64,000 bases of DNA from Chara braunii. Its lineage: Eukaryota; Plantae; Charophyceae. The notes beneath the pieces were generated by a model that saw nothing but the letters and a program-made list of their open reading frames with translations, did not search any database and had not been told where the DNA came from. Shown piece after piece: positions 1 through 13,705 of the stretch; the stretch's first letter is position 1; the number at the start of each line of letters is the position of its first letter. Both the position numbers and the translations under genes were made by a program. The stretch is taken from NCBI GenBank assembly GCA_003427395.1, contig BFEA01000009.1:760879-824878 (forward strand). The letters run 5' to 3'.

Positions 1-111
1 CCGTGGAGCGCACCAGTCCTCTTCAATCGAAAGAAGGACGGCGCCCTCCGCCTCTGTCTCGATTACCGCGGCCTCAATCAGTATACGGTCAGAAATAGTT
101 ATCCCATGCCC
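1..111 (+). pseudogene. Truncated Ty3/Gypsy reverse transcriptase fragment
   Basis: Frame 1 reads [37 protein letters not shown], the N-terminal Gypsy RT motif. It breaks off into AT-rich repeat at ~112. Confidence 0.85.
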
Positions 112-590
112 AACAACTTCTTCAAATAAATTTATAGTCCTATAAATACTTTTTTATAATAACAAGCAAAAAATTGGTTCGGCGTACTCCACTTGTAATC
201 TGTGATTATAAGTGCTCAACAAAAAGCAAAAAAAATAAAATAATAATAATACAAGGCACTTCGAAAAGACAAAAAAACTACTTTAAAGAACAAACTTATA
301 GTCCTATAAATTCATAATTATAATAACAAGCAAAATTGAGGTTGGCGTACTCCATATCTCATCCTAGAACGTCACTACTCAAAAAAAAAATAAAGAAAAA
401 ATCAGTAATACAGGGCACTTCAAGAAGAAGAAACAACTACTTCAACGAATAGACTTATAGTCCTATAAATATAAAATTAAGATAACAAACAAAAAATTGG
501 TTCGACATGCTCCACTTCTCATCCTTGAATGTAAGGGTTCAGCAACAAGAAATCTACAATTCGAGAAAAGAAGTTTCCAATACTATAATG
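112..590. repeat. Degenerate AT-rich tandem repeat, ~160-bp unit x3
   Basis: ttatagtcctataaat...aacaa(g)caaaa...ttggttcg recurs at ~132, ~296 and ~455. Confidence 0.75.
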
Positions 591-769
591 TGAGTCTTCC
601 CCTTTGTCAGGTTACGCACCCGAGTCACCCGACAATAAAACATTTCGAGCGCCTACAAAGTCAACTCCTCTTACAGGAAAAACAAAAATGTCTTAAGAAA
701 TATATTGCATTTCATTAAATTTATTAAAACGCGACTGAGACTGGTCGTTGTAACTAGAATTGCTTGAAT

Positions 770-1455
770 TTTTAAATGTCGACAAGGACAACTATCCTGG
801 TCTCAAACCTCGCTTAGCCATGTCTTTCAGTGGTCTCTACAACTTCGAGAATTGTTGAGTCCACAACTAACTTCATCATTCATATCTCGCAAATGATTTT
901 GCCCCTAGATCCGCGTGTTGTAACACAACATGCTACAACTATAAAAAAAATGCCTTAAGCGATCTTAAGTCCATACTTTTTTTCTGCATTCGGTTTGTAA
1001 AACGTTAAGTACGCTTCCGATGGCACTTGCAGCCAAGACACGGTTTTTACTGCTACAATGCAATCCCACCCCTTTTCCACGAAACACCCGAAAAAGAAAA
1101 AATTTCAAGCGCAAAAAAAAAAAAACCTCTCTAGCAGGTTCTACAAATTTATTAGCGGGGGACATAATCTTGTCACTACCGCTAAAAGCGTTTTAATTCA
1201 TAAATGTCTACACCGATAACTATCCTAGTCTCGAACCTCATTTAACCACATCTTCTTCGTTAGCGTAATCATCTTCGAGAATCGTAGAGTCCAACATTTC
1301 GTTTATTTTCTTTCTTGTAGAAGCGAGAAAAGTGTTGTCTGTCTTCAGAAAAAATTGTAATACAGCACGCAACAACTTCAATCGAAAACATTTTCTACGA
1401 TCTCACGTCTGGACCTTCCTTTCACATTTGGTTTGTAAAATGGTACATACGCTTC
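770..1455. repeat. Diverged direct duplication, ~430-bp offset
   Basis: aactatcct(g/a)gtctc(a/g)aacctc at 790 and 1218; ggtttgtaaaa..tacgcttc at ~991 and ~1430. Confidence 0.6.
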
Positions 1456-1539
1456 GCCTTTCTCCTTTTGTGCATACTAAACAACCTTAAAATGTTGGTC
1501 TGGAAGTAACTGTACAATCTTTCCAATACGGTAAGGTTT

Positions 1540-4160
1540 GTCTAGTTCTTCCTCACCTGGAAGGCACGGAGTGTAATAAACTTGTCGATCTCAAAATCCT
1601 CGTAACATCCCTCTTTTTCCATTTTGTAATTTTTGGACTTTCGCGCACCAACATAAACTGTTTTTTCTTGAGGAAAAAGATCAGCCAAATTGTGAGAAAT
1701 ATCCTCTGCATTTAACGACTTTGTCTTATCCTCACACTGTCCTTTGGAACGCAATGTCAGCTAAACGAAAAAAAACTTGAGGTTTTTGTTTTTGAAGTCC
1801 ATGTTTTTCTGACACTCGATGAATTCGTTCCACCAAGTCATGTTGTCGAGCAGAATATAGTTTGAGAATGCGGTAGGATTAGCATTCAATGTTGTGAGTA
1901 ACAGAGAATGGTGTATGCGTTCTTCAACATTTTCTTGGACATCCTTACCGTTGCGAAAGAGATCATCACCTTCGCCTTCTTCTTTACCACAAGCTATCCT
2001 GAACCGACCTTCAAAAAATTGTATCGCACGTTTCGGAGCAGCATGAATCTCGCTAATTGGTTCAGACTAAAAAATATTAAGACCCTCGCTGTCATTCGCC
2101 TGCCAAAGCAAGTTGTGATATTGCTTGCTCAAGAGCCGCACTTCTCCTGCATGAGTTCTCTTGATCTTGAACTGTTGGTTGAAACTGATGTCGTTTACCT
2201 TCAACAAAAGTGGTTCAACATACTACTTTTAGTCAAACGTCTCTGTCTTCCATTTAAGAATTATGACATTTTTATGATCATCCCTTTACGAATCACGAAT
2301 TACATGTTCAAGTTCAGAAAGATCAAAAGCGTTTTTGCGACCTGAGTTTGCGAGAGAAACAGTTAAACATCTGATCTATATCCTCGTAAGTATGACCTAC
2401 GAGAAGAAAGTCTAGCTTCACCTTCCTGAAAATATTCATTTGAAGAAGGTAAAACAAATACGAAAATACGTACTTGTTTTTGTTTTCTTTGTTAGTGTTA
2501 TCTAAATTATGGTAGAAAACTCGTGGAAAAGGCCTCCGAAGTTCACAAATTCTACGGTGAAGCACGGGAAGCATGCAGTCGAAATTTGACTTGAAGTTGT
2601 CGAAAATTAGTGTCGCGGATGTTTGTGATGAGAGACCAACCACCTTTGCGTTAACGACATGCACCTTGACAAAGTTTCCTTCTTTGACTTTGGAATCCTT
2701 CGACAATCTTACGAAGTGCGGTAAGATGTTCTTGCTCTGGTCCATTCCGTCAATAATTAAACAGGTGTACTGGTCGGGTTTGTTAGAAGCCTTGTGACGA
2801 TGTTTATAGAGCTTTGGTCTGTCCTCGTCCTGCATCAGTAGGTGTTTCTCCAATGCTCTCTGGTAAATCTTTATAGACCAGCACCAGAAAAATCAAGGTC
2901 AATTAGCACGTGGAAGAAACGATTTGAAGTCTTATGACAGACACACGGCCGAGATCAAACAAACATTTTAGGCTGAAAAATCATTTATAGAACTATAAAT
3001 TAAAAACACGTCAGAAAAACAACAGCATTTGCAGTCAGCGTTAAACAATGATTTTGAACTGAAAGACAAATATTTAGAACTGTAGATCGAGTTTCCCCTT
3101 ACGAAAACACCAGCCTTTGTAGAGAGCGTCTTTCAGATTACCAATGTCAACAAACATCGTAGAGAATATACGGACTTTAAATGGGTAAGAGAAGGGGCAT
3201 ACGGATTCTAGGGGACCTCACTGGAAGAAGGAAGTTGCTCGCAAAAACATAACATGTACAGTACTAGAGGCATGTGACTCGGGCAGCCTGAGCCAGAAAG
3301 ATGTGAATTCATTTTGGGTAACGGAGTGACTCCTGTAATTGCTCTATCAGGCTTGAACATTCGGATTCTTAATTCATTGTAAAAAGGATTCTCCAACTAG
3401 TGAGGAAATCTACGACAGTTACTGTGAAAGGATACAGAATTTAGTAAAAGATTAGGTGAAACAGGACAAGGTAAAACATTAGTTAAATTCCCGACAGAAA
3501 CACTCAAAAGTTTATTTTCAGGGGTCTCGAGGTGAACGAATTGTGCCTAAAGATAGAGAGAGTTCACTTAAGACACGAGGTACTAGGCTTGTGGTGCCTT
3601 ACCTCTTTCAATACGATTGTCTGCATTCGCACAACCTGCTTTGAACGGCATACATTGAGCGTAGACGGAGAATCTTTTCAAGGTTGGAATCACAACTTTC
3701 GGACAGTGTTCTCTCAAAATCTTCAGGAAACATTTAATAAAAGGAATGTTTGAAGAGGAAAACTGGGAACCACATTCTCGTAAAAAAATTCGTAAAGGTC
3801 CTTCCGGTGTAGAGTGTTTGAGAGATGAAATTGATCGTTGTTTGACATACTTTCCTTGTTTAATCAGAAATAATTCTGCATCCAAGCAAGCATTTTCACT
3901 GTAGACGACGAATGTCTGGAAGAGCCTTTGTTCTTGTGCTCGTATGTCCGGACGCCATTAAAGAACATGCGTCGAACAACAGTCATGCGCCACATGGGAC
4001 ACTCATACAACATGCCCCAGGCTCGTGTACAAACCCTCATCTTCTTGAACGTCACTCTTAATTTTAGAAGTTCATCACTTTCTGTGAAGTACAAAGCTTC
4101 CCTCGTTTGTTCAAGGAGGAAGTCCACCTGTTCTGACTGCTTGATCGACCAAAGCATTTC
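1540..4160 (-). pseudogene. Fragmented DNA transposase, Sola-like DDD type
   Basis: ORF 2323-2853 has IIDGMDQ, LDNTNKENKNKY and FLLVGHTYEDIDQMF motifs typical of Sola-like transposases. Upstream pieces 3583-3885 (KVVIP..RFS..QC..) and 3864-4157 (VCTRAW..LY) fit the Cys-containing N-terminal part. Broken by stops/frameshifts; no TIRs found. Confidence 0.6.
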
Positions 4161-4994
4161 GTGGACCTTGAATATGTATTTGACAGAGAACTTTTTGCAT
4201 GCACTCGCTGTTGCAACACTTTTGCTTAACTACCTCGTGGACACTTTTCATGCTTGTGTTCAACTTTGCCTTCTTGTTGTACATGCGAGAGGTCTTATTT
4301 CTTTTGCCAAGGTTGTAAGGAGTTTTTTCATCGGCTGGTGTTGCGCTGAAGATACCTCTGCTAACTTTTTGAGTTAGCGTCTCCTCCGCTTATCCGAGCT
4401 TCTCTGTGGACAATTTCTTGGCAAATGTATTACTACCTCTCTGCGTTGTAACCCCATCTCGTAGCGATTCCAAAGATATGTTTTTGACGTTGACACCTAT
4501 CGAGGGCAAAAGATGCTACACGACGAACGCCAAGAACGTTGCTACTCCCCTTAGAACACCTTCCCCTACGTTCGCAAGCAAGAAGATCTGGCGGTGAACA
4601 AAGGTCAGGTTTAACAGTATTAAGGAGAACGACAGGCACTGCTTGACTGCTGCTCGTGTCGTGACCTCCTGAATGACCCCGTGAGTTGTCGCAATGGATG
4701 TCCATCTTGCTTACAATGAAGCGCGAAAGAGGTTTGTCGAAAAGAAGAGAAGTTGACAGAACGAGGTGTCTTCTCTCTAAGGAGGTGCATAACAATCCCG
4801 TTGTGTTCCTCTTGCCACGACACGAAAGTCGCTTAGCTCACGATAGTAGAAGTTGCAACAGGGAACGACAAAACTCGGTAATTCACACGTACAAGGCCCC
4901 TAAGAAACCACTCTGGAGTTGCAAGTACACAAATGTTGCAACGACCTTCGAGCCGATGGAATTGAGGAACAAGTGCACATAATGTGGGGCAGCT

Positions 4995-5465
4995 TTATAG
5001 CGGGAAAACCTAAATATTTGAAAATTATGTTGTTTGCCATGTTTTTTCGTAAAGAGCAATGCTTTCTCGTCATCCCGCCTTGTTTTTCCCTAGGAGGTCC
5101 GCTTGCCAGCAGTTATGGGAAAGGCTTACGAACGACCTCTGAGTCACGGTAGCCGTTGAGTTTTGTAGCGGGAAAACCAATACATTTGCAAATTTTGTCT
5201 CTTGCGTTGATTCTTTCGTGAACAGGTCCGCTCTCTAATTAACAGCGGAAGTCCCCAACAGAGTCACGAAGCCATTGAGTTTTGTAGCGGGAAAACCAAA
5301 ATATTTCCAAATTTTAACTTCTGCCCTGACTCTTTCGTGAACAGATCCACTTTATGTTAACAATGCAAATGCCCAAAGTACTCACGAAAGCCATTGAATT
5401 TTGTAGGAGGGAACCAAAATGTTTTCAAATTTTGTCTCCCGCCCTGATTCTTTCAGGAACAGCTC
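4995..5465. repeat. Short dispersed repeat, 4 units of ~120-165 bp, possibly subterminal to the transposon
   Basis: tagcgggaaaacc...attt(g/c)..aaatt at ~4998, ~5166, ~5285 and, degenerate, ~5405. Confidence 0.6.
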
Positions 5466-6044
5466 CGCTTTTTAGTTACCGCGTCGTCTTTTGCGGTAAG
5501 GAGATCGTCTGTAGACTTTCTTTTTCAGCTAGCCCCCGTGAGATTCTATTGAACCACAATCACAGTGGATGACCACTGTGAGATTCAGTTGAAACGGATG
5601 CACACTTAGATTAGGTGGAAGTGGGATGGCCGGGACTGATATTCTGCCATCCAAGCAAATACCGACAGTAGTGAAATCGTCATGCCCACAGGAAAAAAAA
5701 AAAAAAAGAACGCCCTGCCAACACGGCAGGGTGCAGAAGGAGGGAAACGAAGAGGAGACTTTCAAGCACACGTGTGCATATGCCCTAAGTTGGTGTCGTA
5801 CTGCTGTGCTAAGTGGAGATCGGTGGGGAAGGTTTCAACCATTGGACATAGGACCTACGGAACGACAAAATTTGACAGAGTTGTAGAGGCTCTAAAATGC
5901 CGGGAGCTTTCTGAAGCCGCCCCGGAACCAGAAAAAAAAAGGTTCACAAGGTGATAAAACTGCATAATACAAACACCCCCACTCTGTCAAGCGTCGTTCT
6001 GAGTTTTAATTGTTTCTTAGAACTCAGGCCGTGACACACAGCTC

Positions 6045-9000
6045 TAAAGTACAAGAATAATTTTGAGGTCAGGACCCCTAACAAAAGGGTAGAGAAATTA
6101 TTTTGGGTATCATACTCTCACTTTGAGGGTGCAAGAATAAGTTTCTGGTGTAAATGATGACCTGGCAGTTAGGACGCACAACTAAAAGGGTACAAAAATT
6201 ATTTTAAGGTTACGACCTCACAAAAAAATGGTAGAGAAATTATATCAAGGGTCATACTCTCACTTTGAGGGTGAAAGAATCAGTTTCAGAGTTTGAACAT
6301 TCACGTGCAGGGTAGGATACACCGTTAAAGGGGTACAAAAAAATTTTGGGGGGTCATAACCTCATGCTCTCACTTTGGGGGTGCATGAATTTGTTTCGGG
6401 GTGTAAATGATGACCTTAGGGTTTGTACTCACAGCTATAAGGGTACAAAAATTATTTTGAGGACACAATATCTTAATAAAAGGGTAAAGAAATTATTTTA
6501 AGGGTCATACTGTCACTTTGGGGGTGCAAGAATCAGTTTCGGGTGTGAATGATGACTTGGGCGTCGGGACTTACAACCAAAAGGATAAAAAAATAATTTT
6601 TTGGTTAGGATCTCCAAATAAAAGAGTAGAGAAATTATTTTGGGGTCATTCTCTCACTTTGAGGGCGCAAGAATCAGTTTCGGAGTTTGAACGATCACGT
6701 GCAGGGTAGGATATCCCGTTAAGGGGGTACAATTTTTTGGGGGGGGTCGTAATCTCATGATCTCACTTTGGGGGTGCATGAATTTGTTTCGGGTTGTAAA
6801 TAATGACCTTTGGGTTTGTACGCATAACTATAAGGGTACAAAAATGATTTTGAGGGTACGACCTCCCTATAAAATGTGTGAACAACGTGCAGGGTAGGAT
6901 ACCATGTTAAAGCAGTAAAAAATTATTTTCGGGTTCGGACTCTCTGTTTGGAGGCGTGAAATTACTTTCGACTTAGAGATTATTTCCTTGGCATCACAAC
7001 CCGGCGCTACAAGGGTTTAAAAATTATTTTGGGGGTCTTATTCTCACTTTGGGGGTGTAGGAATTTGTTTCGGGGCTTAAATGATGATCTGGGGTTAGGA
7101 CGAACATTTATGAAGGTAAAAAAAATATTTTGAGGTTACGACCCCCCAATAAAAAGGTAGAGAAATTATTTTGGGGTCACACTCTCACTTTGGGGGTGCA
7201 AGAATCAGTTTCAGGTGTGAGTGATGACCTGGCAGTTAGGACTTACAACTCTAAGGGTACAAAACTTATTGTGAGGGTACGAGCTCACAATAAAAGGGCA
7301 GAGAAATTATTTTAAGGGTCATATTGTCACTTTGGGGGTGCAAGAATCAATTTTGGGTGTGAATGATGACTATCGGGTTAGGATGCACACCTAAAAGGGT
7401 ACAAAAAATATTTTGAGGTTATGAACCCCCAATAAAAGGGTAGAGAAATTATTTTGGGATTATACTCTCACTTTGAGGGTGCAAGAATCAGTTTTGGGGT
7501 TCAAACCATCACGTGCAGGGATACCTCGTTGAAGGGGTACAAAACTTTTTATGGGGATCGTAACCACATGCTCTCACTTTAGGGTTGCATGAATTTGTTT
7601 CGGGGTGTAAATGATGGCCTTGGGGTTTGTACTCACAGCTATAAGGGTACAAAAATTATTTTGAGGATACGACCTCCAAATTAAAGGGTAGAGACATTAT
7701 TTTACGGGTCATACTCTCACTTTGGGGGTGCAATAATCAGTTTTCGATGCCAATGATGACCTGGGGGTTAGGACGCACAACTAAAAGAGTATAAAAATTA
7801 TTTTGAGGTTACGACCCCCAAATAAAAGGGTAGAGAAATTATTTTGGGGTTATACTCTCACTTTAAGGGTGCAAGAATCGGTTTCGGAGCTTGAACAATC
7901 ACGTGCAGGGTAGGATACCCCATTAAAGGGGTACACAAATTATTTTGGGGGTCGTAACCTACTAACCTCATGCTCTCAGTTTGGGGTGCATGAACTTGTT
8001 TCGGGGTATAAATGATAACCTTGTGGTTTGTCCTCACATCTATAAAGATACAAAAATTATTTTGAGGGTACGACCTCCCTATGAAAGGGTAGAGAAGTTA
8101 TTTTAAGGGTCATACTCGCACTTTGGGGATGCAAGAATCAGTTTCGGGTGTGAATGATTACTTGGGGATCAAGACTTAGAGCTAAAATGATACAAAAAAT
8201 ATTTTGTGGTTACGACCCCCAAATAAAACAGTAGAGAAATTATTTTGGGGTCATTCGCTTACTTTGAGGGTGAAAGAATGAGTTTCGGAGTTTGAACGAT
8301 CACGTGCAGGGTAGGATACCCCGTTAAAGGGATACCATTTTTTTTTTGTGCGTCGTAACATCATGCCCTCACTTTGGGGGTACATGGATTTGTTTCGGGA
8401 TGTAAGTAATGACCTTGGGGTTTGTACACACAACTATAAGGGTACAAAAATGATTTTGAGGGTACAACCTTCCAATAAAATGGTCGTGAAATTATTTTAA
8501 GAGTCATACTTTCATTTCGGGCGTGCAAGAATCAGTTTAGGGTGTGAATGATGATCTGGGGGTTAGGACGCACAACTATAAGGGTCCAAAAATTATTTTG
8601 AGGTTACGACCTCTCAATAAAAGGGTAGAGAAAGTATTTTGGAGGGGTCACACTCTCACTTTGAGGGTGCAAGAATCAGTTTCGGGTTTGAATGATGACC
8701 TGGATGTTACGACTTACAACTATAAGGGTACAAAAAATATTTTGAAAGTACGACACCCCAATAAAATGGTAGATAAATTATTTTAAGGGTCATACTCTCA
8801 CTTTGGGAATGCAAGAATCAGTTTCCAATGTGAATGATGACCTGGGGTTATGACGCACAACTAAAAGGGTATAAATACTATAAAAATTATTTTGAGGTTA
8901 CGACCGAATCCCAAATAAAAGGGTAGAGAAATTATTTTGGGGTTACACTCTCACTTTAAGGGTGCAAGAATCAGTTTCGGAGTTTGAACGATCACGTGCA

Positions 9001-10091
9001 GGGTAGGATACCCCATTAATGGTGTACAAAAATTATTTTGGAGGTCGTAACCTACTAACCTCATGATCTCAGTTTGGGGGTGCATGAATTTGTTTCGGGG
9101 TGTACATGATGACCTTGTGGTTTGTACTCACAGCTATAAGGGTACAATAATTATTTTGAGGGTACGACCTCCCAATAAAAGAGTAGAGAAGTTATTTTAA
9201 GGGTCATACTCTCACTTTGGGGATGCAAGAATCAGTTTCGGGTGTGAATGATGACTTGGGGGTCAGGACTTACAACTAAAATGATAAAAAAAATATTTTA
9301 TGGTCACGAGCCTCAAATAAAAGAGTAGAGAAATTATTTTGGGGTCATTCCCTCACTTTGAGGGTGCAAGAATCAGTTTCGGAGTTTGAACGATCACGTG
9401 CAGGGTAGGATACCCCGTTAAAGGGGTACAAAATTTTCTTGTGGGTCGTAAGGTCATGTCCTCATTTTGGGGATGCATGAATTTGTTTCGGGTGTAAGTA
9501 ATGACCTTGGGGCTTGTACGAACAGCTATAAGGGTTAAAAAATGATTTTGAGGGTACGACCTTCCAATAAAATAGTCGAGAATTTTTCTTAAGGGTCATA
9601 CTCTCATTTTGGGGGTGCAAGAATCAGTCTAGGGAGTGAATGATGATCTGGGGGATAAGACGCACAAATATAAGGGTCCAAAAATTATTTTGAGGTTACG
9701 ACCCTCCAATAAAAGGGTAGACAAAGTATTTTGGGGGGGTCATACGCTCACTTTGAGGGTGCAAGAATCAGTTTCGGGTTTGAATGATGACCAGGGGGTT
9801 AGGACTTACAACTATAAGGGTACATAAATTATTTTGAAGTTACGACACCCCAATAAAAGGGTAGATAAATTATTTTAAGGGTCATTATCTTATTTTGGGG
9901 GTGCAAAAATCAAGTTTCAATGTGAATGATGACCTGGGGGTTAGAACGGACAGCTAGAAGGGTATAAAACTACGTTGCATACAGTACACGTATGGGGCCT
10001 TTCCGTACGAAGCGTACAGGTAATATCTCTACGGGATCTGTATGGGAACTTGTACGAAAACCTGTAAGTCTTGTACGCCCTCGTACGAAAA

Positions 10092-10131
<40 letters not shown>

Positions 10132-12853
10132 NNNNNNNNNNNNNNNNNNNNNNNNNNNNNNNNNNNNNNNNNNNNNNNNNNNNNNNNNNNNNNNNNNNNN
10201 NNNNNNNNNNNNNNNNNNNNNNNNNNNNNNNNNNNNNNNNNNNNNNNNNNNNNNNNNNNNNNNNNNNNNNNNNNNNNNNNNNNNNNNNNNNNNNNNNNNN
10301 NNNNNNNNNNNNNNNNNNNNNNNNNNNNNNNNNNNNNNNNNNNNNNNNNNNNNNNNNNNNNNNNNNNNNNNNNNNNNNNNNNNNNNNNNNNNNNNNNNNN
10401 NNNNNNNNNNNNNNNNNNNNNNNNNNNNNNNNNNNNNNNNNNNNNNNNNNNNNNNNNNNNNNNNNNNNNNNNNNNNNNNNNNNNNNNNNNNNNNNNNNNN
10501 NNNNNNNNNNNNNNNNNNNNNNNNNNNNNNNNNNNNNNNNNNNNNNNNNNNNNNNNNNNNNNNNNNNNNNNNNNNNNNNNNNNNNNNNNNNNNNNNNNNN
10601 NNNNNNNNNNNNNNNNNNNNNNNNNNNNNNNNNNNNNNNNNNNTATCGAATTAAAAAAAAAAAAAAAAAAAAAAACTCGTACGAGCCCCCTAGCGTACGA
10701 GTAGCATACGAGTACAAGAGTACGAATCCGTACTCGTACGAGGGTGCGTACAAGTGGCAACGTACTATAAAAATTATTTTGAGGTTACGACCGACCCCCA
10801 AATAAAAGGGTAGAGAAATTATTTTGGGGTTACACTCTCATTTTAAGGCTGCAAGAATCAGTTTCGGAGTTTGAACGATCACCTGCAGGGTAGGATACCC
10901 CATTAAAGGGGTACAAAAATTATTTTGGGGGTCATAACCTACTAACCTCACGCTCTCAGTTTAGGGGTGCATGAATTTGTTTCGGGGTGTAAATGATGAC
11001 CTTGTGGTTTGTATTCACAACTATAAGGGTACAAAAAATTATTTTGAGGGTACACTCTCCCAATAAAAGGGTAGAGAAGTTATTTTACGGGTCATACTCT
11101 CAATTTGGGGATGCAAGAATCAGTTTCGGGTGTGAATGATGACTTGGGGGTCAGGACTTACAACTAAAATGATACAAAAAATATTTTGTGGTTACGACCC
11201 CCAAATAAAATAGTAGAGAAATTATTTTGGGGCCATTCCCTCAGTTTGAGGGTGCAAGAATCAGTTTCGGAGTTTGAACAATCCCGTGCAGGGTAGGATA
11301 CCCCGTTAAAAGGATACAAATTTCTTTTGTGGGTCGTAACGTCATGTCCTCACTTTGGGGGTGCATGAATTTGTTTCAGGGTGTAAATAATGACCTAGGG
11401 GTTTGTACGCACAACTAAAAGGGTACAAAAATGATTCTGGGGGTACGACCTTCCAATAAAATGGTCGAGAATTTTTTTTAAGGGTCATACTCTCATTTTG
11501 GGGGTGCAAGAATCAGTTTAGGGTGTGAATGATGATCAAGGGGTTAGGACTTACAACTATAAGGGTCCAAAAATTATTTTGAGGTTACAACCCCCCAATA
11601 AAAGGATAGACAAAGTATTTTGGGGGTGTCATACTCTCACTTTCAGGGTGCAAGAATCAGTTTCGGGTTTGAATGATGACGTGGGGGTTAAGACTTACAA
11701 CTATAAGGGTACAATAATTATTTTAAAGGTACGACACCCCAATAAAAAAGTAGAGAAATTATTTTAAGGGTCATACTCTCTGTTTGGGGATGCAAGAATC
11801 AGTTTCGGGTGTGAGTAATGACCTAGGGGTTAGGACGCACAACTGTAAGGGTAAAAAAAATATTTTGAGCGTACGACTCCCTAATAAGAGGGTATATAAA
11901 TTATTTTAAGGGTCCTACTCTCAGTTAGAACGTGCAAGAATCAAGTTCGGGTTTGAATGACGACCTAGGGGTTAGGACACACAAGTATAAGGGTATAAAA
12001 ATTATCTCAAAGGCACGACCCTCCAATGAAAGGGTAGATAATTTATTTTTAAGGGTCATGCTATCACTTTGGGCGTGCAAGAATCAATTCCAAGTGTGAA
12101 TGATGACTTGGGGGTTAGGACTTACAACAATAAGGGTACAAAAAATTATTTTGAGGTTACGACCTCCAATAAAAATATAGAGAAATTATTTTGGGGGTCA
12201 TCGTTTCACTTTGGGGATGCAAGAATCAGTTTCGTGTGTGAACGATGACTTAGGGGTTAGGACGCACAAGGGTACAAAAATTAATTTGAGGGTACGACCT
12301 TCCAATAAAAGGGTGGAGATATTATTTTAAGGGTCATACTCTCACTTTGGGGGTGCAAAAATTTGTTTCGGGTATGAATTATGACCAAGGGGTTAGGAAG
12401 CACAACTATAAGGTTTCAAAAATTATTTTGAGGTTATGACCCCCCAATAAAAGGGTGAAGAAATTATTTTGGGGGTCATACTCTTAGTTTGGAGGTGAAA
12501 GAATCAATTTCGGGTTTGATTGATGACCTCGGGTTAGGACCTACAGATGTAAGGATATAAAAAATATTTTGAGCGTAGACCCCTAAATAGAAGGGTAAAG
12601 AAATTATTTAAAAGGTCGTACTCTCAAGTAGGGGGTGCAAGAATCAGTTTAGGGTGTGAATGATGAATGACCTAGGGGTTAGGACGCACAACTATAAGAG
12701 TACATATATTATTTGGAAGGTACGACCCACCAATAAAAAGGTAGAGAATGTATTTTAAGGGTCATGCTCTCACATTGGGGGTGCAAGAATTAGTTTTGGG
12801 TGTAAATGGTGACTTGCGGGTTAGGACTTACATCAATAAGGGTAAAAAAATAT
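6045..12853. repeat. Satellite array, ~143-bp monomer plus a shorter variant, ~1.08-kb higher-order repeat
   Basis: Monomer aagggtacaaaaattattttgagg...aataaaagggtagagaaattatttt...catactctcactttgggggtgcaagaatcagtttcgggtgtgaatgatgac; spacing 11527-11671-11813. Diagnostic variant taacctactaacctca recurs at ~7955, ~9048 and ~10935. Confidence 0.95.
9970..10765. mobile_element. Non-autonomous DNA transposon (MITE) copy 1
   Basis: Termini ctacgttgc...gcaacgta(c); tataaaa duplicated on both flanks; GTAC/CGTACG-rich subterminal regions; poly-A centre with an assembly gap. Opposite orientation to copies 2 and 3. Confidence 0.85.
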
Positions 12854-13384
12854 GGTGTAAATGCTCTCACTGTTCCGTGAACCGCCGAGACGGACGCCGT
12901 TGCTTCGCTCCTTCGCCGCTCTAGCCGGGTGCGCCAACTATATATCCCACGGTCCCCTACGACATGACAGGTTCCCGCGGGGCATAAGCTTGCATCCCTA
13001 AGGGTCTGTCACCACCCTTAGGGGCATATCCCTACCGAGCTACTGATCCACGTGCGAAGGATTTTAAGTGCAATCGCAGAGGTAGATCAGCCGAGGGCGT
13101 TTGCTCGTCTCACTGCAGTATAGGAATTGTTTGACTAAACGCCGAATGAACCCGAGCGTCGTTCGTTCCCTAGGGCGCTGATCTCCCAAGTACGAAGCGT
13201 ACACCGATCGACTAGGACAGTCTCAACTAAGCGTGAAAACAATTCTTAGTCCCTCACAATCAAACAACAAAATCCTCATTCCTTAAAACAAAATCACACA
13301 ATCCAAAACGTTGACTTGATGAGCTGGTCTATCAAAATGTCTCCTTTTCAACCTGTATGACTGAAAAAAAAAAAATATTGTCAT

Positions 13385-13705
13385 TCCAAGATTATTAATT
13401 TAAAGAAATAAACTAAGAATGATTTTCTTATCATGACTACTGAAACTTGTCATGAATAGCTCATGTAAATAAATATCACTGGCACCATGCAGATCAACAA
13501 GTGATCTGGTTTCTGGTCGATGTTTGAACTCCCTGTTCGACCTCGCTTCCGTACCATATTCAATTATTTTGGAATAGTCGCTCCAAGATTATTAATTGAA
13601 GAACAAACTAGGATTGATCTTCCTATGAAAATATCTGCAAGTAAATACCGCTGCTACCATGCAGATCAACAAGTGATCTGGTTCCTGGTCGANGTTTGAA
13701 CTCTC
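13385..13705. repeat. Internal duplication in LTR A (also ~28540-28860)
   Basis: ccaagattattaatt at ~13386 and ~13582; accatgcagatcaacaagtgatctggtt at ~13484 and ~13656. Confidence 0.7.

Noticed and set aside
9941-10805. Long ORFs across N gaps (also 24921-25426 and 56824-58546)
   Set aside because: Open only because Ns, homopolymers and microsatellites contain no stops.
6045-12853. CRISPR-like regular repeat
   Set aside because: Whole monomers repeat, with no unique spacers and no cas genes; eukaryotic satellite.
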